From the NCBI GenBank assembly GCA_900234795.1, contig LT962688.1, forward strand, positions 3,840,001-3,872,000: 32,000 nt of DNA, in the 5' to 3' direction. The notes under the pieces were generated by a model that saw only the letters and a list, made by a program, of their open reading frames with translations, did not search any database and was not told where the DNA came from. Shown here piece after piece: positions 31,233 to 32,000 of the stretch. Numbering within the stretch: position 1 is the stretch's first letter; every line of letters begins with the position of its first letter. The DNA comes from Methylorubrum extorquens. Lineage in GTDB: Bacteria > Pseudomonadota > Alphaproteobacteria > Rhizobiales > Beijerinckiaceae. A program made the translations under genes and the position numbers.

Positions 31233-32000
31233 TCAGGCGCCCTCGCCGCGGGCGGACAGGAGCGCGTCGAGAAACAGCGTCGCGACGGTGAAGTCGGCAC
31301 TCGTGCCAGGGTTGAGGCCGGCCTCCTTCAACGCGCGGTCGTAGGCAAGGAGTGGCTCGACCGGCGCCGCGGCGAGGTCGAGGCCCGCGAGAGAGGCCTG
31401 CGCCTGCGCCCGCACCGCCTCGGCCCGCTCAGGGCCGTGCTTGCGGGCGATGTGGCTGTCCGGCACGGCCATGAGATAGGCGAGATGAACCGCCGTCGTC
31501 GTCCAGGGCGGGACCAGCCCGCGCGCCCGCGCGCCCGCCAGCGCCGGCAGGCCGATCGCGAACAGGTCGCGAAACCCGTCCCCGTAGGCGCGGGCGATGC
31601 GGTCGCGCGGGGCAGCCTCCGCCATCGCCGCGCGCAGCGGCGGGAGCGCTTCGTCATCGATTTGGGACACGTCGTGGCGCTCGGCCCGGCCGAGGCCGCC
31701 GGGATTGGCCCGGCGGATCGCCGCGAACACGTCGCGGGAATCGGAGGCATCGAACCCCGCCAGCACGGCGTTCAGAGCCTCGGCCAGCGGGCCGGGCTGC
31801 TCCGCGGCATAAGCGAGCGGCGCGCAGAGGAGCAGGATGCCGAGATTGGTATTTTGCCCGACGGCGGCGAAGGTCGCCTCGACCCCGCCGCGCACCCGCT
31901 GCCCGACGCGTGCTCCCGCCGCGGCGAGCGGCGGCGCCGACACGTCGGCACTGGTGACGAAATCGGCCACGACCATGCGGTGGCCGGGGGCGTAGCCGTG
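31233..32000 (-). CDS. CitG/MdcB-like triphosphoribosyl-dephospho-CoA synthase family protein (N-terminus beyond the right window edge)
   Basis: This is the track ORF 31233-31976, and the frame stays open to the window end. NLGILLLCAPLAYAA, ANPGGLG and LNPGTSADFTVATLFL are CitG-family patterns. From memory this corresponds to orf7 next to fae. Confidence 0.8.
   Translation of the reverse strand, partial: HGYAPGHRMVVADFVTSADVSAPPLAAAGARVGQRVRGGVEATFAAVGQNTNLGILLLCAPLAYAAEQPGPLAEALNAVLAGFDASDSRDVFAAIRRANPGGLGRAERHDVSQIDDEALPPLRAAMAEAAPRDRIARAYGDGFRDLFAIGLPALAGARARGLVPPWTTTAVHLAYLMAVPDSHIARKHGPERAEAVRAQAQASLAGLDLAAAPVEPLLAYDRALKEAGLNPGTSADFTVATLFLDALLSARGEGA

Noticed and set aside
1-32000. Mobile elements, integrases, tRNA/rRNA genes, CRISPR arrays, toxin-antitoxin or defence systems
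   Set aside because: I scanned the ORF translations and intergenic regions. I found no transposase, integrase or recombinase motifs, no tRNA-like T-arm (GGTTCGAATCC type), no regularly spaced repeats and no recognisable defence genes. The only repeats found are the short palindromic elements reported above.

Overview
This is a high-GC alphaproteobacterial chromosome segment. Its gene order and two proteins I recognise from memory (lanmodulin and Fae) point to the Methylorubrum/Methylobacterium extorquens group. From left to right the window holds: a partial yifB/comM-like ATPase; a PepSY protein; the housekeeping block SRP RNA-dnaX-ybaB; an AT-rich gap; a four-gene exopolysaccharide module (ExoP/GumC-like, Wza/ExoF-like, GT4, priming phosphotransferase); and a minus-strand lanthanide utilisation island (small secreted protein, lanM, TonB-dependent receptor lutH, then lutG-F-E-D-C-B-A). 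Next comes a plus-strand operon, divergent from lutA, for methylofuran/tetrahydromethanopterin cofactor biosynthesis (MfnB-like, amino-acid-kinase-like, DHPS-like, DUF447). It is followed by two tandem MxaD-like SRPBCC periplasmic proteins, a damaged second YVTN beta-propeller gene, and the fae neighbourhood (hydantoinase-like, HisA/F-like, fae, partial CitG-like). I saw no IS element, integrase, tRNA, rRNA or CRISPR array. The headline system is the lanM/lut lanthanide uptake island. To my knowledge it has been described in M. extorquens AM1, so what remains open is its unassigned periplasmic components and several sequence-level oddities. These include a frameshifted propeller gene behind a REP-like palindrome cluster, a palindromic element present twice inside operons, a terminator-like hairpin in the fae leader, head-to-head start codons, and a direct repeat in the lutA promoter region. 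Many long ORFs in the supplied track are GC-rich shadow frames and were not called.
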